DNA from: Eubacteriales bacterium
GTDB taxonomy: Bacteria; Bacillota; Clostridia; Oscillospirales; CAG-272
Direction of reading: 5' to 3'
Length of the DNA stretch: 64,000 nt
Assembly: GCA_045632065.1 (NCBI GenBank)
Contig: JAZQWA010000045.1
Location: 794 to 64,793, forward strand
A model generated the notes under the pieces. It made no database searches and had not been told where the DNA came from. It saw only the letters and a list, made by a program, of their open reading frames with translations. Shown piece after piece: positions 49,600 through 58,888 of this stretch (the stretch's first letter is position 1; each line of letters starts with the position of its first letter). Position numbers and translations under genes: made by a program.

Positions 49600-50647
49600 A
49601 TTTAATATTATTTCTTCTTTTAATTTCAGCAAGTCTTTCTGCCTCGGTAACGTCGTCATGCATAATCACGTCGTCTTCGGCATTTTCTTCTTCAAATTCC
49701 TCGGGATGCTCGGCCTTATAAGGCTCAATCATCACCTCTTTGATTTTAAAGTAGGAAGCATAAACCTTCATATAAGCCATAGCCGACAGCATAATTGCCA
49801 GCGGCATTGCCACACCAAAGGAAATCAGAATTCCGCCTGCGCCAAATATGAACATAAGCTCAAATAAAACAAGTAAAATACTGCCTAAAAGAGCTAAAAC
49901 GTTACGCTTTAAACCGATGAGCGCAAAAATAAGCGAATTTTTTAGTATTTTGAACACCGAAAGCTTAAAGGTAACCATTTGCACGTAAATATAACAGCGC
50001 ATAAAGAAATAAAGTATCGCTAAAACGATATTCAACCAGAACATCAGAGATGTAAGGAAGTTTGTGCTTACAACGGTTGTATAGATATTAAATATTATCA
50101 AACCATTGATTAATGCATCCAGAATGCCAAAGGGGAGTGCCTGCTTCCAATTTCTTTTCACCGCATACCAGAAATCACTCCACACAAAAACAGGCTCACC
50201 CATAGCAATATTTCGTAAAACGTATGCAGTACCTGCGTTTACAATACCAAACGTGAAAAGAGTAAGCGCGCCTATTCCCATAAGAACAAAGGTCAGGGGA
50301 GTATATACGAGAATTTCGCCCGGAACACCCTCTATGCCATAAATACTCATTTGGAATGGACTTGGGCCTTCAATCATATGTATTCCGTTCAGATTCTGAA
50401 AAATATCATTGGGAATATATGAGGCGACCTTGCTGACACCCGATAAAACTGCAATAAGGAAGAATACCGGGAAATTGCCAAGCACCATAATTATATTTAC
50501 ACCGAATATTTTAGTGAAATTGTCTTTAAACGTAATAAAAAAGCGCTTAAGTCCGCTTTCATTCATAGATTTGTTTTTGCTAACACCCTTACCGTCACGA
50601 GTGGGGTCGTAAAGCTTAAATCCTTTTCTTAAATCATTGTCCTTCAA
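49598..50647 (-). CDS. YesL/DUF624-like integral membrane protein
   Basis: Polytopic protein. The probable start is the TTG at 50647, 9 nt after AGGAGG. The listed start at 50686 would place a TATAAT box inside the ORF. Confidence 0.5.
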   Translation of the reverse strand: MKDNDLRKGFKLYDPTRDGKGVSKNKSMNESGLKRFFITFKDNFTKIFGVNIIMVLGNFPVFFLIAVLSGVSKVASYIPNDIFQNLNGIHMIEGPSPFQMSIYGIEGVPGEILVYTPLTFVLMGIGALTLFTFGIVNAGTAYVLRNIAMGEPVFVWSDFWYAVKRNWKQALPFGILDALINGLIIFNIYTTVVSTNFLTSLMFWLNIVLAILYFFMRCYIYVQMVTFKLSVFKILKNSLIFALIGLKRNVLALLGSILLVLFELMFIFGAGGILISFGVAMPLAIMLSAMAYMKVYASYFKIKEVMIEPYKAEHPEEFEEENAEDDVIMHDDVTEAERLAEIKRRNNIK

Positions 50648-50785
50648 GATAAAAATCCTCCTGATTTCTACATTATATAATAACATAATTTGTAAATAAT
50701 TGCAATAAAATATTAAAAAGTTTTAAAATATTCATATTTTATCCTTCAAAACAAATATAATTTAAAAAAAGATATGGAGGATTTT

Positions 50786-51970
50786 ATGAAAAAAATAATT
50801 ACATTTATTTTGACTTTATCAATTTTATTTTCCTTGTGTATAAGAACTTTTGCGGTAAATGGCGGAAAAAACACGGCAGAAAATGAAAGTATCTATACAT
50901 CTGCTGAAATAGAATTTGACTATGATGTAAACAGCGCCTATCTGATTGAAGCATCAACGGGTAAGGTTTTATATGCGAAGAATGAGTTTAATGCCGCATC
51001 TCCCGCCTCGGTAACAAAGGTTATGACCTTGCTCCTTGTTTGCGAAGCGTTGGAAAAAGGGAAATACAAGCTCGATGACGTTGTAACCATAAGCGCAAAG
51101 GCTGCGTCAATGGGCGGTAGCCAGGTTTTTCTTGAGGAGGGGGAAACTATTACCGTTGAGGAATTGATAAAAAGCACAGTAATTGCAAGCGGAAACGACG
51201 CGTCTGTTGCATTGGCAGAGCTAACAGCGGGCAGCGAGGCTGCGTTTGTAAAAATGATGAATCAGCGTGCGGCGGAGCTTGGTCTTAATAACACAAATTT
51301 TGAAAATACCACAGGTCTTGATGATACAACCACAAAGCATTACAGCTGTGCTTCTGATATTGGCAAAATGTCACGTGAGCTTATTCAGCATGAAATTATT
51401 TTAAAATACAGCTCAATCTGGCAGGATACGATTAGAAATGGCGAGTTCACCCTGACGAATACAAACAGACTTGTGCGATATTATGACGGATGCAACGGTC
51501 TGAAAACCGGCTCAACTGACAAGGCTGGATACTGCATCAGCGCAACTGCTAAAAGAGGCAATATGCAGCTGATTGCAGTAATAATGGGCGCATCAACAAG
51601 AGATGAGAGAAACAATGCGGCAAGAGCCTTATTTGACTATGCTTTTGCAAATTATGCTCTTTACGAAAAAAATGAAGAATTTGTTGAGAACGTAGACGTA
51701 AAGGGCGGTATCAAGAATTTTGTATCGCTGTATTCTACTCCTTTCTCCGCGGTAATAGAAAAAGATAAAATTTCTAACATAGAAATGCTTTATGAAATTC
51801 CTGAAAATTTAGTTGCGCCCATCGTAAAAGGTGACGTAGTGGGAAGTATTGTTTACAAAATAGGCGACGAGCAGCTTGGAAAAAGCGAATTATACGTTTC
51901 GGAATCCGTAGAGAAAATCAAAATTGGCGACCTTTTTGTACGAATTTTAAAAAGAATCAGTTGCGGATAA
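50786..51970 (+). CDS. D-alanyl-D-alanine carboxypeptidase (PBP5 family, DacF/DacB-like)
   Basis: Signal peptide, SVTKVMT (SxxK), SGND (SxN), KTGST (KTG) and the PBP5 C-terminal domain. Confidence 0.88.
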   Translation: MKKIITFILTLSILFSLCIRTFAVNGGKNTAENESIYTSAEIEFDYDVNSAYLIEASTGKVLYAKNEFNAASPASVTKVMTLLLVCEALEKGKYKLDDVVTISAKAASMGGSQVFLEEGETITVEELIKSTVIASGNDASVALAELTAGSEAAFVKMMNQRAAELGLNNTNFENTTGLDDTTTKHYSCASDIGKMSRELIQHEIILKYSSIWQDTIRNGEFTLTNTNRLVRYYDGCNGLKTGSTDKAGYCISATAKRGNMQLIAVIMGASTRDERNNAARALFDYAFANYALYEKNEEFVENVDVKGGIKNFVSLYSTPFSAVIEKDKISNIEMLYEIPENLVAPIVKGDVVGSIVYKIGDEQLGKSELYVSESVEKIKIGDLFVRILKRISCG

Positions 51971-52048
51971 AATTTATATAAAATACTTGAAAATATAAAA
52001 TGAATGTAGTATAATTATAGTATCAAAGAAATTGAAAGGCGGTTTAAA

Positions 52049-53392
52049 ATGAGCGTTAAATTAAATGAGAAATTTCTTGAGGGCTTTGTTGGCGCCCATG
52101 AGATTGAATATTTAAAGCCTTTTGCTAAGGTTGCTCACGAGCTTCTTGTTAGCAAAAAGGGACAGGGAAATGATTTTCACGGATGGGTAAATCTCCCAAA
52201 CGACTACGATAAGGATGAGTTTAAGCGCATTAAGATTGCAGCTGAAAAAATCAAGAAAAATTCGGATATTCTTGTTGTAATCGGTATTGGTGGTTCTTAC
52301 CTTGGCGCAAGAGCTGCAATTGAATTCGTTAAGAGCCCTCTTTACAATAATTTGAAGAAGGATACCCCTGATATTTATTTTGCAGGAAACAACATTTCTC
52401 CCACTGCGCTTACCGAGCTTCTTTCTATTTGCGATAGCAAGGATGTTTCGGTTAACGTAATTTCCAAATCAGGCACTACAACTGAGCCTGCTATTGCTTT
52501 CCGCGTATTCAAGTCGCTTCTTGTCAATAAATATGGTGAGTCAGGCGCAAAGGATAGAATTTTCGTTACAACAGACAAGGCAAGAGGTACTCTCAAGAAG
52601 TTTTCCGATGAGGCAGGTTACGAGACCTTTGTTGTGCCTGACGACGTTGGCGGTAGATATTCCGTACTTACAGCCGTTGGTCTTCTTCCTATTGCTTGCG
52701 CAGGAATTGATATTGATGCGCTTATGCAGGGCGCTCAAAACGCAAAAGCAGATTTTGCTTCCGATAATTTGGATTCAAACATTGCCCTTAGATATGCCGC
52801 TATTCGTAATATCCTTGTTCGCAAGGGTAAAAACAGTGAGATACTTGTTGGATATGAGCCTTATATGCTTATGTTCAATGAGTGGTGGAAGCAGTTGTTC
52901 GGTGAAAGCTCTGGTAAGGATGGAAAGGGGATTTTCCCCAACTCTGTAATATTCTCTACCGATCTTCACTCTCTTGGACAGTATATTCAGGAAGGTCAGC
53001 GTAATCTCTTTGAGACGGTTATCAGCGTAAAGAATCCCGGCGCGGAGTTCGTAATTCCCGAGGATCCCGCAAACGTTGACGGACTTAACTTCATTGCAGG
53101 ATGTCAGCTTGATTACGTAAACAAAACAGCTATGACCGCAACACTTCTCGCTCATAATGACGGCGGTGTTCCCAATCTTCTTATTGAGGTTGAGGACAGA
53201 AGCGCGAAGTCTCTTGGCTATATGATCTATTTCTTCGAATTTGCTTGTGCAATGTCGGGATATATGCTTGGAGTTAACCCCTTCGATCAGCCCGGTGTTG
53301 AGGCTTATAAAAAGAACATGTTTGCTCTTCTTGGCAAGCCTGGTTATGAAAGCATGAAATCCGAGCTTGAAAAGCGTATTTTGGCAAAATAA
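52049..53392 (+). CDS. pgi: Glucose-6-phosphate isomerase (short Firmicute type)
   Basis: [22 protein letters not shown] and [14 protein letters not shown]. Confidence 0.95.
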   Translation: MSVKLNEKFLEGFVGAHEIEYLKPFAKVAHELLVSKKGQGNDFHGWVNLPNDYDKDEFKRIKIAAEKIKKNSDILVVIGIGGSYLGARAAIEFVKSPLYNNLKKDTPDIYFAGNNISPTALTELLSICDSKDVSVNVISKSGTTTEPAIAFRVFKSLLVNKYGESGAKDRIFVTTDKARGTLKKFSDEAGYETFVVPDDVGGRYSVLTAVGLLPIACAGIDIDALMQGAQNAKADFASDNLDSNIALRYAAIRNILVRKGKNSEILVGYEPYMLMFNEWWKQLFGESSGKDGKGIFPNSVIFSTDLHSLGQYIQEGQRNLFETVISVKNPGAEFVIPEDPANVDGLNFIAGCQLDYVNKTAMTATLLAHNDGGVPNLLIEVEDRSAKSLGYMIYFFEFACAMSGYMLGVNPFDQPGVEAYKKNMFALLGKPGYESMKSELEKRILAK

Positions 53393-53521
53393 TGCACATA
53401 TTTAATTGTTCATTTTTTACAAAATAAGTGAAATTATAAATATACTATTGCAATTTAAAAAAATATAGTGTAAAATATAATCAGGGATAATAAAATCTCA
53501 AAAAATAGGAGGATTTTCAAA

Positions 53522-53923
53522 ATGATAAAATTATTCATCGGAGGCAAAGGCTCCGGAAAGACCAAAACTCTCATTGAGATGGTTAACAATGCGGCTAACG
53601 AGTCTAAGGGCAACGTAGTTTGCATCGAAAAGGGCGACAAGCTTATTCATGATATTACATATAAAGCAAGACTTATTGATACAGAGGATTATACCGTTGC
53701 GGATGCTACCGCGCTTTACGGATTCATTGCAGGTATTCTTGCTTCTAACTCCGATATTACTGATATATTCGTAGATTCCGCACTCAAGATCGTTGGCAAC
53801 GACATTGCTGCTTTCGAACAGATGCTCGCAAAGCTTGAGAAGATTACCGCTGACGTTAATCTCGTTATGACATCTTCCATCACCACCGAGGATTGTCCTG
53901 CAAGCATCAAGGCTTACGTATAA
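53522..53923 (+). CDS. Small stand-alone P-loop protein (133 aa), function unknown
   Basis: Walker A GGKGSGKT at residues 7-14 and a Walker-B-like ITDIFVDS. AGGAGG RBS upstream. Confidence 0.55.
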   Translation: MIKLFIGGKGSGKTKTLIEMVNNAANESKGNVVCIEKGDKLIHDITYKARLIDTEDYTVADATALYGFIAGILASNSDITDIFVDSALKIVGNDIAAFEQMLAKLEKITADVNLVMTSSITTEDCPASIKAYV

Positions 53924-53936
53924 TATGTAAAAAATC

Positions 53937-53963
53937 AAGGCGCACGATTTGTGCGCCTTTTTT
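53937..53963 (+). terminator. Intrinsic terminator
   Basis: GGCGCAC/GTGCGCC stem followed by T6. Confidence 0.8.
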
Positions 53964-54041
53964 AACGTTTTTTTGGACTTTTCATAGAATAATATCGAGG
54001 TACAGATTCAATCTGCTACCGCAATAATTATTGCATAAGGA

Positions 54042-54911
54042 ATGGTCAAAATAATGCAAGAAAACAGAAACGCATCCTTTTGCTCCGCGGCCAATAACCA
54101 GGTAGGCGGAAGCGGAATGGTATGCATTGACACTAAGAGAGTTCTCGACAGTTGCCGTGATAGAGACTGTTTCGAAGATACAAGAGTTTATCTCACCCGT
54201 ACAGGCGAGGAAATTCTTTTAAATTCCAGCAACGTACGTACAAAAGGCGCAAGGCTCCTTTGGGCATACGTTGGCGTAGATGAAGTACCTTTCAACTGCG
54301 GATTTTATCAGGTAACCATAAGATATTATATCGAGGTTGAATTTGAAGCATGCCTTGGAGTAGGTAGAAGCCAGTGCTTTAAGGGCCTTGCAGCGCTTGA
54401 AAAGGATGTCATCCTTTACGGCGGCGAGGGTAGGGCAGTAACATTTACATCGAGCCCCAACAACGGTTATTGCAACATCTGTGATTATAATACAGCAGGC
54501 TCTAACGACCCTGTAGCCATTGTTGAAACTGTAGAGCCTATCGTGCTTGGTACCAAGGTATCAGAGTGCAATTGTCCTTGTCCCTGTGGCTTCGGCGAAT
54601 ATGCAGATATCCCCGAGGGTATCAGAAATTCTATGGGTGAAGAGCTTGTTCTTAACTCTACAGCTCCTCGTTTACTCGTTTCCTTCGGTATATTCTCTGT
54701 AATAAGAATTGTACGCCCTGCGCAGCTTCTTGTAAACGCTACTGATTACAGCGTTCCCGACAAAGAATGTACTGCAGCTACCAATGACGACAATCCTTGC
54801 TCATTATTCAGAACAATAGCATTCCCCACAACCCAGTTCAGAGGCACAGATAACCTTTATAAAGAAAACAACACCGGACGCACAGGCGGCTGTGGATGTG
54901 GTAAGAATTAA
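54042..54911 (+). CDS. Cysteine-rich hypothetical protein (possible spore-associated protein); start could be 54054
   Basis: 289 aa with clustered Cys (CIDTKRVLDSCRDRDC, CNCPCPCG, C-terminal GGCGCGKN). No family recognised. Confidence 0.45.
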   Translation: MVKIMQENRNASFCSAANNQVGGSGMVCIDTKRVLDSCRDRDCFEDTRVYLTRTGEEILLNSSNVRTKGARLLWAYVGVDEVPFNCGFYQVTIRYYIEVEFEACLGVGRSQCFKGLAALEKDVILYGGEGRAVTFTSSPNNGYCNICDYNTAGSNDPVAIVETVEPIVLGTKVSECNCPCPCGFGEYADIPEGIRNSMGEELVLNSTAPRLLVSFGIFSVIRIVRPAQLLVNATDYSVPDKECTAATNDDNPCSLFRTIAFPTTQFRGTDNLYKENNTGRTGGCGCGKN

Positions 54912-54944
54912 GAAAACTGCCCGATAATTTCGGGCAGTTTTCTT
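54910..54944. terminator. Bidirectional terminator overlapping both convergent stop codons
   Basis: 15-bp stem AAGAAAACTGCCCGA/TCGGGCAGTTTTCTT. Confidence 0.75.
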
Positions 54945-55713
54945 AATTTTGTCTCGCGATTTCGTATGCAAACATAGTTGCTGCGGAAGCAGCAGAAAGG
55001 GAGGCCTTGAATTCGTTTTTATAGTTAATTTTGACAAGCATGTCGGCTGAATCAAGGACCGCCTTTGAAAGACCTCTTTTTTCTCCACCTACAATAAGAA
55101 GTAGGGGCATTTTCAATTCGCATTGTCCAAGAATATTGTCGGTATTTTCATCGGCGCAGACAATTTTATATCCCTTATTTTTGAATATTTTGATGGTATT
55201 CTCTTGATTTGATTTATATATTCTGAACATTTCAGAAGCTCCTGCTGAGCTACGAGCAACCACGCCTGCAGCGCTCATCCAATTGCGTTCAGTAAGAATT
55301 ATACCAGCACAGCCCATAGCGTAAAGCGAGCGCATAGAATAACCAAAATTGTAGGGATCCTCAATTCCTTCTATCATAACGTAAAATCCACGTGATGCAA
55401 TTTCAGATGAATCATCAAGATAGGGAAGAGTTCTGTCGGATGTAACAGCCACAAGGCCGCCGTGAGAGCTTCCGAGAGTGATTTTTGACAGTTCCCCATC
55501 ATCTGACTCAATTATTTCATATCCGTATTTTTCAGAAACTGCCTTAAGATATCCCAATTCTTTTGATATTTTCTTTATTTTTGCCTTGTCAAAGATTATT
55601 TTTTCGATTTTTCTATCATTTATCTCGGAATCAATTCCACGCAAAATTGCACGTATAGAAGTCATTCCTTCAAAGACCAAGGAATCTTGAAATTTTATAT
55701 CTTCCTTTTGCAT
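54943..55713 (-). CDS. SpoU/TrmH-family RNA 2'-O-methyltransferase
   Basis: N-terminal substrate-binding domain followed by SPOUT motifs (IEDPYNFGYSMRS, LLIVGGEKRGLS, SLSAASAATM). Confidence 0.8.
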   Translation of the reverse strand: MQKEDIKFQDSLVFEGMTSIRAILRGIDSEINDRKIEKIIFDKAKIKKISKELGYLKAVSEKYGYEIIESDDGELSKITLGSSHGGLVAVTSDRTLPYLDDSSEIASRGFYVMIEGIEDPYNFGYSMRSLYAMGCAGIILTERNWMSAAGVVARSSAGASEMFRIYKSNQENTIKIFKNKGYKIVCADENTDNILGQCELKMPLLLIVGGEKRGLSKAVLDSADMLVKINYKNEFKASLSAASAATMFAYEIARQN

Positions 55714-55775
55714 TTTTAGAGTCTCGCTTTCATATATTTGATTAGTTGCAGATTAAATTAGAAAGGTGATTTGAT

Positions 55776-56060
55776 ATGATGCATGCGTTGAGAAAGGAAC
55801 GTTCAGAGCTGCTTGCGGAGTATGTAATTGATAAAAAAGCCACAGTACGTTCGGCTGCAATGCATTTTGGAGTGAGTAAAAGCACTGTACATAAGGATTT
55901 AACCTATAAATTGAGGTATATTAACCCCGGATTATACAAGGAAGTAAAGGAAATCCTTGAATTAAACAAATCTCAAAGGCATCTGAGGGGCGGGGAAGCA
56001 ACAAGGAAAAAGTACCTTATGCGACGTGATATAAATAAAAATAGGGAACTTCCCTCTTAA
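55776..56060 (+). CDS. spoIIID: Stage III sporulation transcriptional regulator SpoIIID
   Basis: ATVRSAAMHFGVSKSTVHKDL HTH and ...LNKSQRHLRGGEATRKKY. Confidence 0.9.
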   Translation: MMHALRKERSELLAEYVIDKKATVRSAAMHFGVSKSTVHKDLTYKLRYINPGLYKEVKEILELNKSQRHLRGGEATRKKYLMRRDINKNRELPS

Positions 56061-56419
56061 TTTTTATAATTTTGATACTTCCCTTGTATTTTTTGATATT
56101 TTTATTATACATTTATTTTATGTTTTTTTCAATATGTTTTTGCTATTTTAATATGCATCTTTTGAAAACGCACGTACTTGTATGAAAAATGAATAATACA
56201 AATATCAAATCAGCTTTAAATATATTTATTAAATAATATCAATAGATGGTATTTAATTTCATGGCATGTAAATTACAATATAATAATATGTAATGAAATA
56301 ATAAGTCTAATATGATATAAATAAATATGATAGAACAAGCCAAATAGCTTAAAATAGCTAAAAACGGCTTATAAAGGGCTTATATTGGCATTTTCGCTTC
56401 CCTAAATTATACAAAATTT

Positions 56420-56445
56420 ATCTTTTGTATAATTGGTAATATATT
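56420..56445. repeat. attL-like direct repeat ATCTTTTGTATAATTGGTAATATATT
   Basis: Matches 59805-59830 except A/G at 56438/59823. It overlaps a 12-bp perfect inverted repeat (56405-56416 / 56423-56434). Confidence 0.75.
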
Positions 56446-56779
56446 AACTTCCCTGATTAGCACGTTAACACAGTATCACAGAATTGCCGTTCTTGTCAAG
56501 GGCGGTTAGCGAAAGAAGGCAAGATTTGCAATGAACATTGCATTTCTTGCCGTTCTCTTCGTTCACTTGTTGCCTCTACGAGTCAATAAAGCCACACAGC
56601 TCGCACAACGCGCGAGGCAATTGTGGCTTTTGTATCATACGAGCTGACGCAATCAGATGTCCACTCAGGCCGTTCGGGCCACTCCTCTCTTCTCATTATA
56701 GCAGGTCGTCAAGGGTCAAGATGAACGGCTTCGTCGCCCTTGACCGCCCTGCTCCGCCAAGAGAAAAAGGAGTTTTATT

Positions 56780-57130
56780 ATGAGAAACGAATCTTATCTT
56801 TGGGCATGGCGCAGATTGAGAGACAGAGTCGACACCTATAAAGACCCTGCTCCTCGATTTCCTGATGCGGAACTCGTCGAAGCAGTTATCGAGACTGTAA
56901 TTCCACGTTACGCCTCGAAAGGTACAGGCAGATTTGACCGAGTTTGCACTTACATAGACGGAGTTTGCGAGACACTCGAATGGATAAAGAGTTATTGGCA
57001 AGGCTCTGATGAAGTCTTGACGGCTTTCATGCTTGGCGTTGAGGTATCATGCCAAGCATTGAAGAAAGAAGTCAAGCTCATTGACAGACAAGAGTACTTC
57101 TTACCGGAAAAAGATTGGAGGAAGCCTTAA
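56780..57130 (+). CDS. Hypothetical protein of the element (116 aa)
   Basis: AAAAAGGAG RBS 8 nt before the ATG. Its stop overlaps the stop of the convergent recombinase gene (TTAA). No motif recognised. Confidence 0.5.
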   Translation: MRNESYLWAWRRLRDRVDTYKDPAPRFPDAELVEAVIETVIPRYASKGTGRFDRVCTYIDGVCETLEWIKSYWQGSDEVLTAFMLGVEVSCQALKKEVKLIDRQEYFLPEKDWRKP

Positions 57131-57747
57131 CGGCTTCCCCCTTTTTTTGTCGTTCTCTTTTGGTTTTCTTTCACCATAACACGATTTTCACCGAGAGCCT
57201 CAATCACCATTTTGACAAGCAGTTGCATGTCCTTTCTACGCAACGGAAGCTCCGAGTTTTCACCTGTCGACCAATCTGCAAAGCTATAAATCTCTGTTGT
57301 AGTTGCAGAATTGTGTTGTAAAGCATTCTGCACCGCTTTAAATCCCTTTTCTCGATATAATTCAACTGCGAAAACCTTTCGCAAAGAGTGAGGAGATATA
57401 CCCTCTGCCTCAATCCCTGCCCTTTTGCATGCCCTTTTTATTCTTTCCCATGCACATTGACGAGTGATATGGTTTCCCTTTTTATAAGGCGAGGGAAATA
57501 GCCATTTTCCACGCCTTTGGGAGAGCTTTTTCCTCAGTTCTTCGCTTATTGGGGCAACGCCATTCTTCCCTGTTTTCTCTGCTTTGTAATGTAAACCGTC
57601 AGTTTGCAAATTTACTTTACGTAATTTGACCACGTCACCGATTCTCAAGCCTGTTTCAAGGCTCACCCAGAGCGGGAGCCAAGACTCCTCGTCAAGCATA
57701 TTCCGCAGGGATTTCAAGTCTTTTGTATCAACGTATTTACTCTTCAA
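57127..57747 (-). CDS. Tyrosine recombinase/integrase, catalytic domain only (206 aa)
   Basis: Arg I in TGLRIGD (about residue 35), Lys in YKAEKTGK, HSLRKVF (HxxR), and QHNSATTTEIY (His/Tyr nucleophile). There is no N-terminal core-binding domain. Confidence 0.8.
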   Translation of the reverse strand: MKSKYVDTKDLKSLRNMLDEESWLPLWVSLETGLRIGDVVKLRKVNLQTDGLHYKAEKTGKNGVAPISEELRKKLSQRRGKWLFPSPYKKGNHITRQCAWERIKRACKRAGIEAEGISPHSLRKVFAVELYREKGFKAVQNALQHNSATTTEIYSFADWSTGENSELPLRRKDMQLLVKMVIEALGENRVMVKENQKRTTKKGGSR

Positions 57748-57827
57748 TTTGACAATCCCAAAATGTAAAATTCCGTTTTTTTGTAACGCAAAGCGTTACA
57801 TATTTATGCAGAATATGCATTATTCCG

Positions 57828-58667
57828 TTAAATATAATCCCACTCCCAATATGTGACTCCCGGCAATACCTCGTTTTCTGTTTGGTAAGTCGGTCTATTT
57901 GAAGCGTCAGCGAAGAATTCTTCTTCACTGTCTCCGTAGCAGCAAAAAGGCTTCTGCAAGTCTCCGCCATGCAGAAAAAATCTTCCACCGATTTTTTCGC
58001 CATTTTGTTTACCCATATACTTGAAGATATACTTTGAAACCGCCTCTCTGTCGTCGGTGGAATCGGATATTTTTTCAGCAGTTGAGAAGCCATATTTCCA
58101 ATTATTGACATTGTAGATTGGTTTTCCGTTATGTGTAAGCGGTCTGCCGTTGTTTGCATTATATGCTAAAACCAAATCCAAGCTGTCTCTGTTGCAGATA
58201 GAGTGAAAGTGGATAGCACCGCTTTTATGCCTTTCAGGCACTAAAACATATTTGTGATTTCGTCTTTGAACGGCATTTGAGAGCCATGTTTTAAGTTTTT
58301 CATAGCAGTCATCATAACTGTTTTTATCTTCTACCGAGTCAGGAGCATAAGTAAAGGTGCAGAAGGTATCCAAATCGGGATTCGATAAGACAAGGTCGAA
58401 GGCATTCTGCTTCGCCCTGCGAAGACTTCGTCTCAACTTTTCTTCCTCGCTACACTCGTTTAAAATCTCGGGAATATCCCGAGATTTGCCGTCACTTCGT
58501 GACTCATAGCCGGCAGGGACAAAGGTTGGGACAGAGAATTTTTGTATCCTTGCTAACTTATATCCGTAAGGTGTAGGAACGTAAACGGCTTTCACGTTCT
58601 TTTTGGTGGTCGTAGCAGGTAATTTATGTAGACTCTCAAACGGCAAAGTGATGACATTCTGTCTCAT
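57828..58667 (-). CDS. HUH-superfamily rolling-circle replication initiator (Rep; phage/plasmid ORF2/G2P-like)
   Basis: Motif I FCTFTYA, motif II GAIHFHSICN (HUH), motif III VSKYIFKYMGK (YxxK). Confidence 0.75.
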   Translation of the reverse strand: MRQNVITLPFESLHKLPATTTKKNVKAVYVPTPYGYKLARIQKFSVPTFVPAGYESRSDGKSRDIPEILNECSEEEKLRRSLRRAKQNAFDLVLSNPDLDTFCTFTYAPDSVEDKNSYDDCYEKLKTWLSNAVQRRNHKYVLVPERHKSGAIHFHSICNRDSLDLVLAYNANNGRPLTHNGKPIYNVNNWKYGFSTAEKISDSTDDREAVSKYIFKYMGKQNGEKIGGRFFLHGGDLQKPFCCYGDSEEEFFADASNRPTYQTENEVLPGVTYWEWDYI

Positions 58668-58690
58668 AAATCAAGTAATAAGAATTCCAT

Positions 58691-58888
58691 CTAATCGAAC
58701 GTTTCAAAAGCTTCGTGACGAATAGTCACTTCGCATTTATCGGTGAGGTCAATTACTGCAGGACCTTTCGTAGCAGAAACGAAAGGCCTAATAAAATCTG
58801 TTGCCTCACCGATATTGTTAAAATCGAGTATAACTACCAACTTTTTGGTAGTTACTACCTCGCATTTTTTCTTCAATTCGACGTACAT
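58691..58888 (-). CDS. Hypothetical small protein of the element (65 aa)
   Basis: AAGGAG RBS 7 nt upstream of the ATG. It is the first ORF of the minus-strand gene string. No motif recognised. Confidence 0.45.
   Translation of the reverse strand: MYVELKKKCEVVTTKKLVVILDFNNIGEATDFIRPFVSATKGPAVIDLTDKCEVTIRHEAFETFD

Noticed and set aside
55714-55775. SigE-type promoter for spoIIID.
   Set aside because: A TCATATA-like -35 element is present, but I could not find a convincing CATACA-T -10 element at the right spacing. The evidence is too weak to annotate.
56061-56419. Extremely AT-rich 360-bp gap after spoIIID, considered as a possible small gene or part of the element.
   Set aside because: There is no ORF with an RBS, and it lies outside the direct repeats. 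Its composition matches host intergenic DNA.
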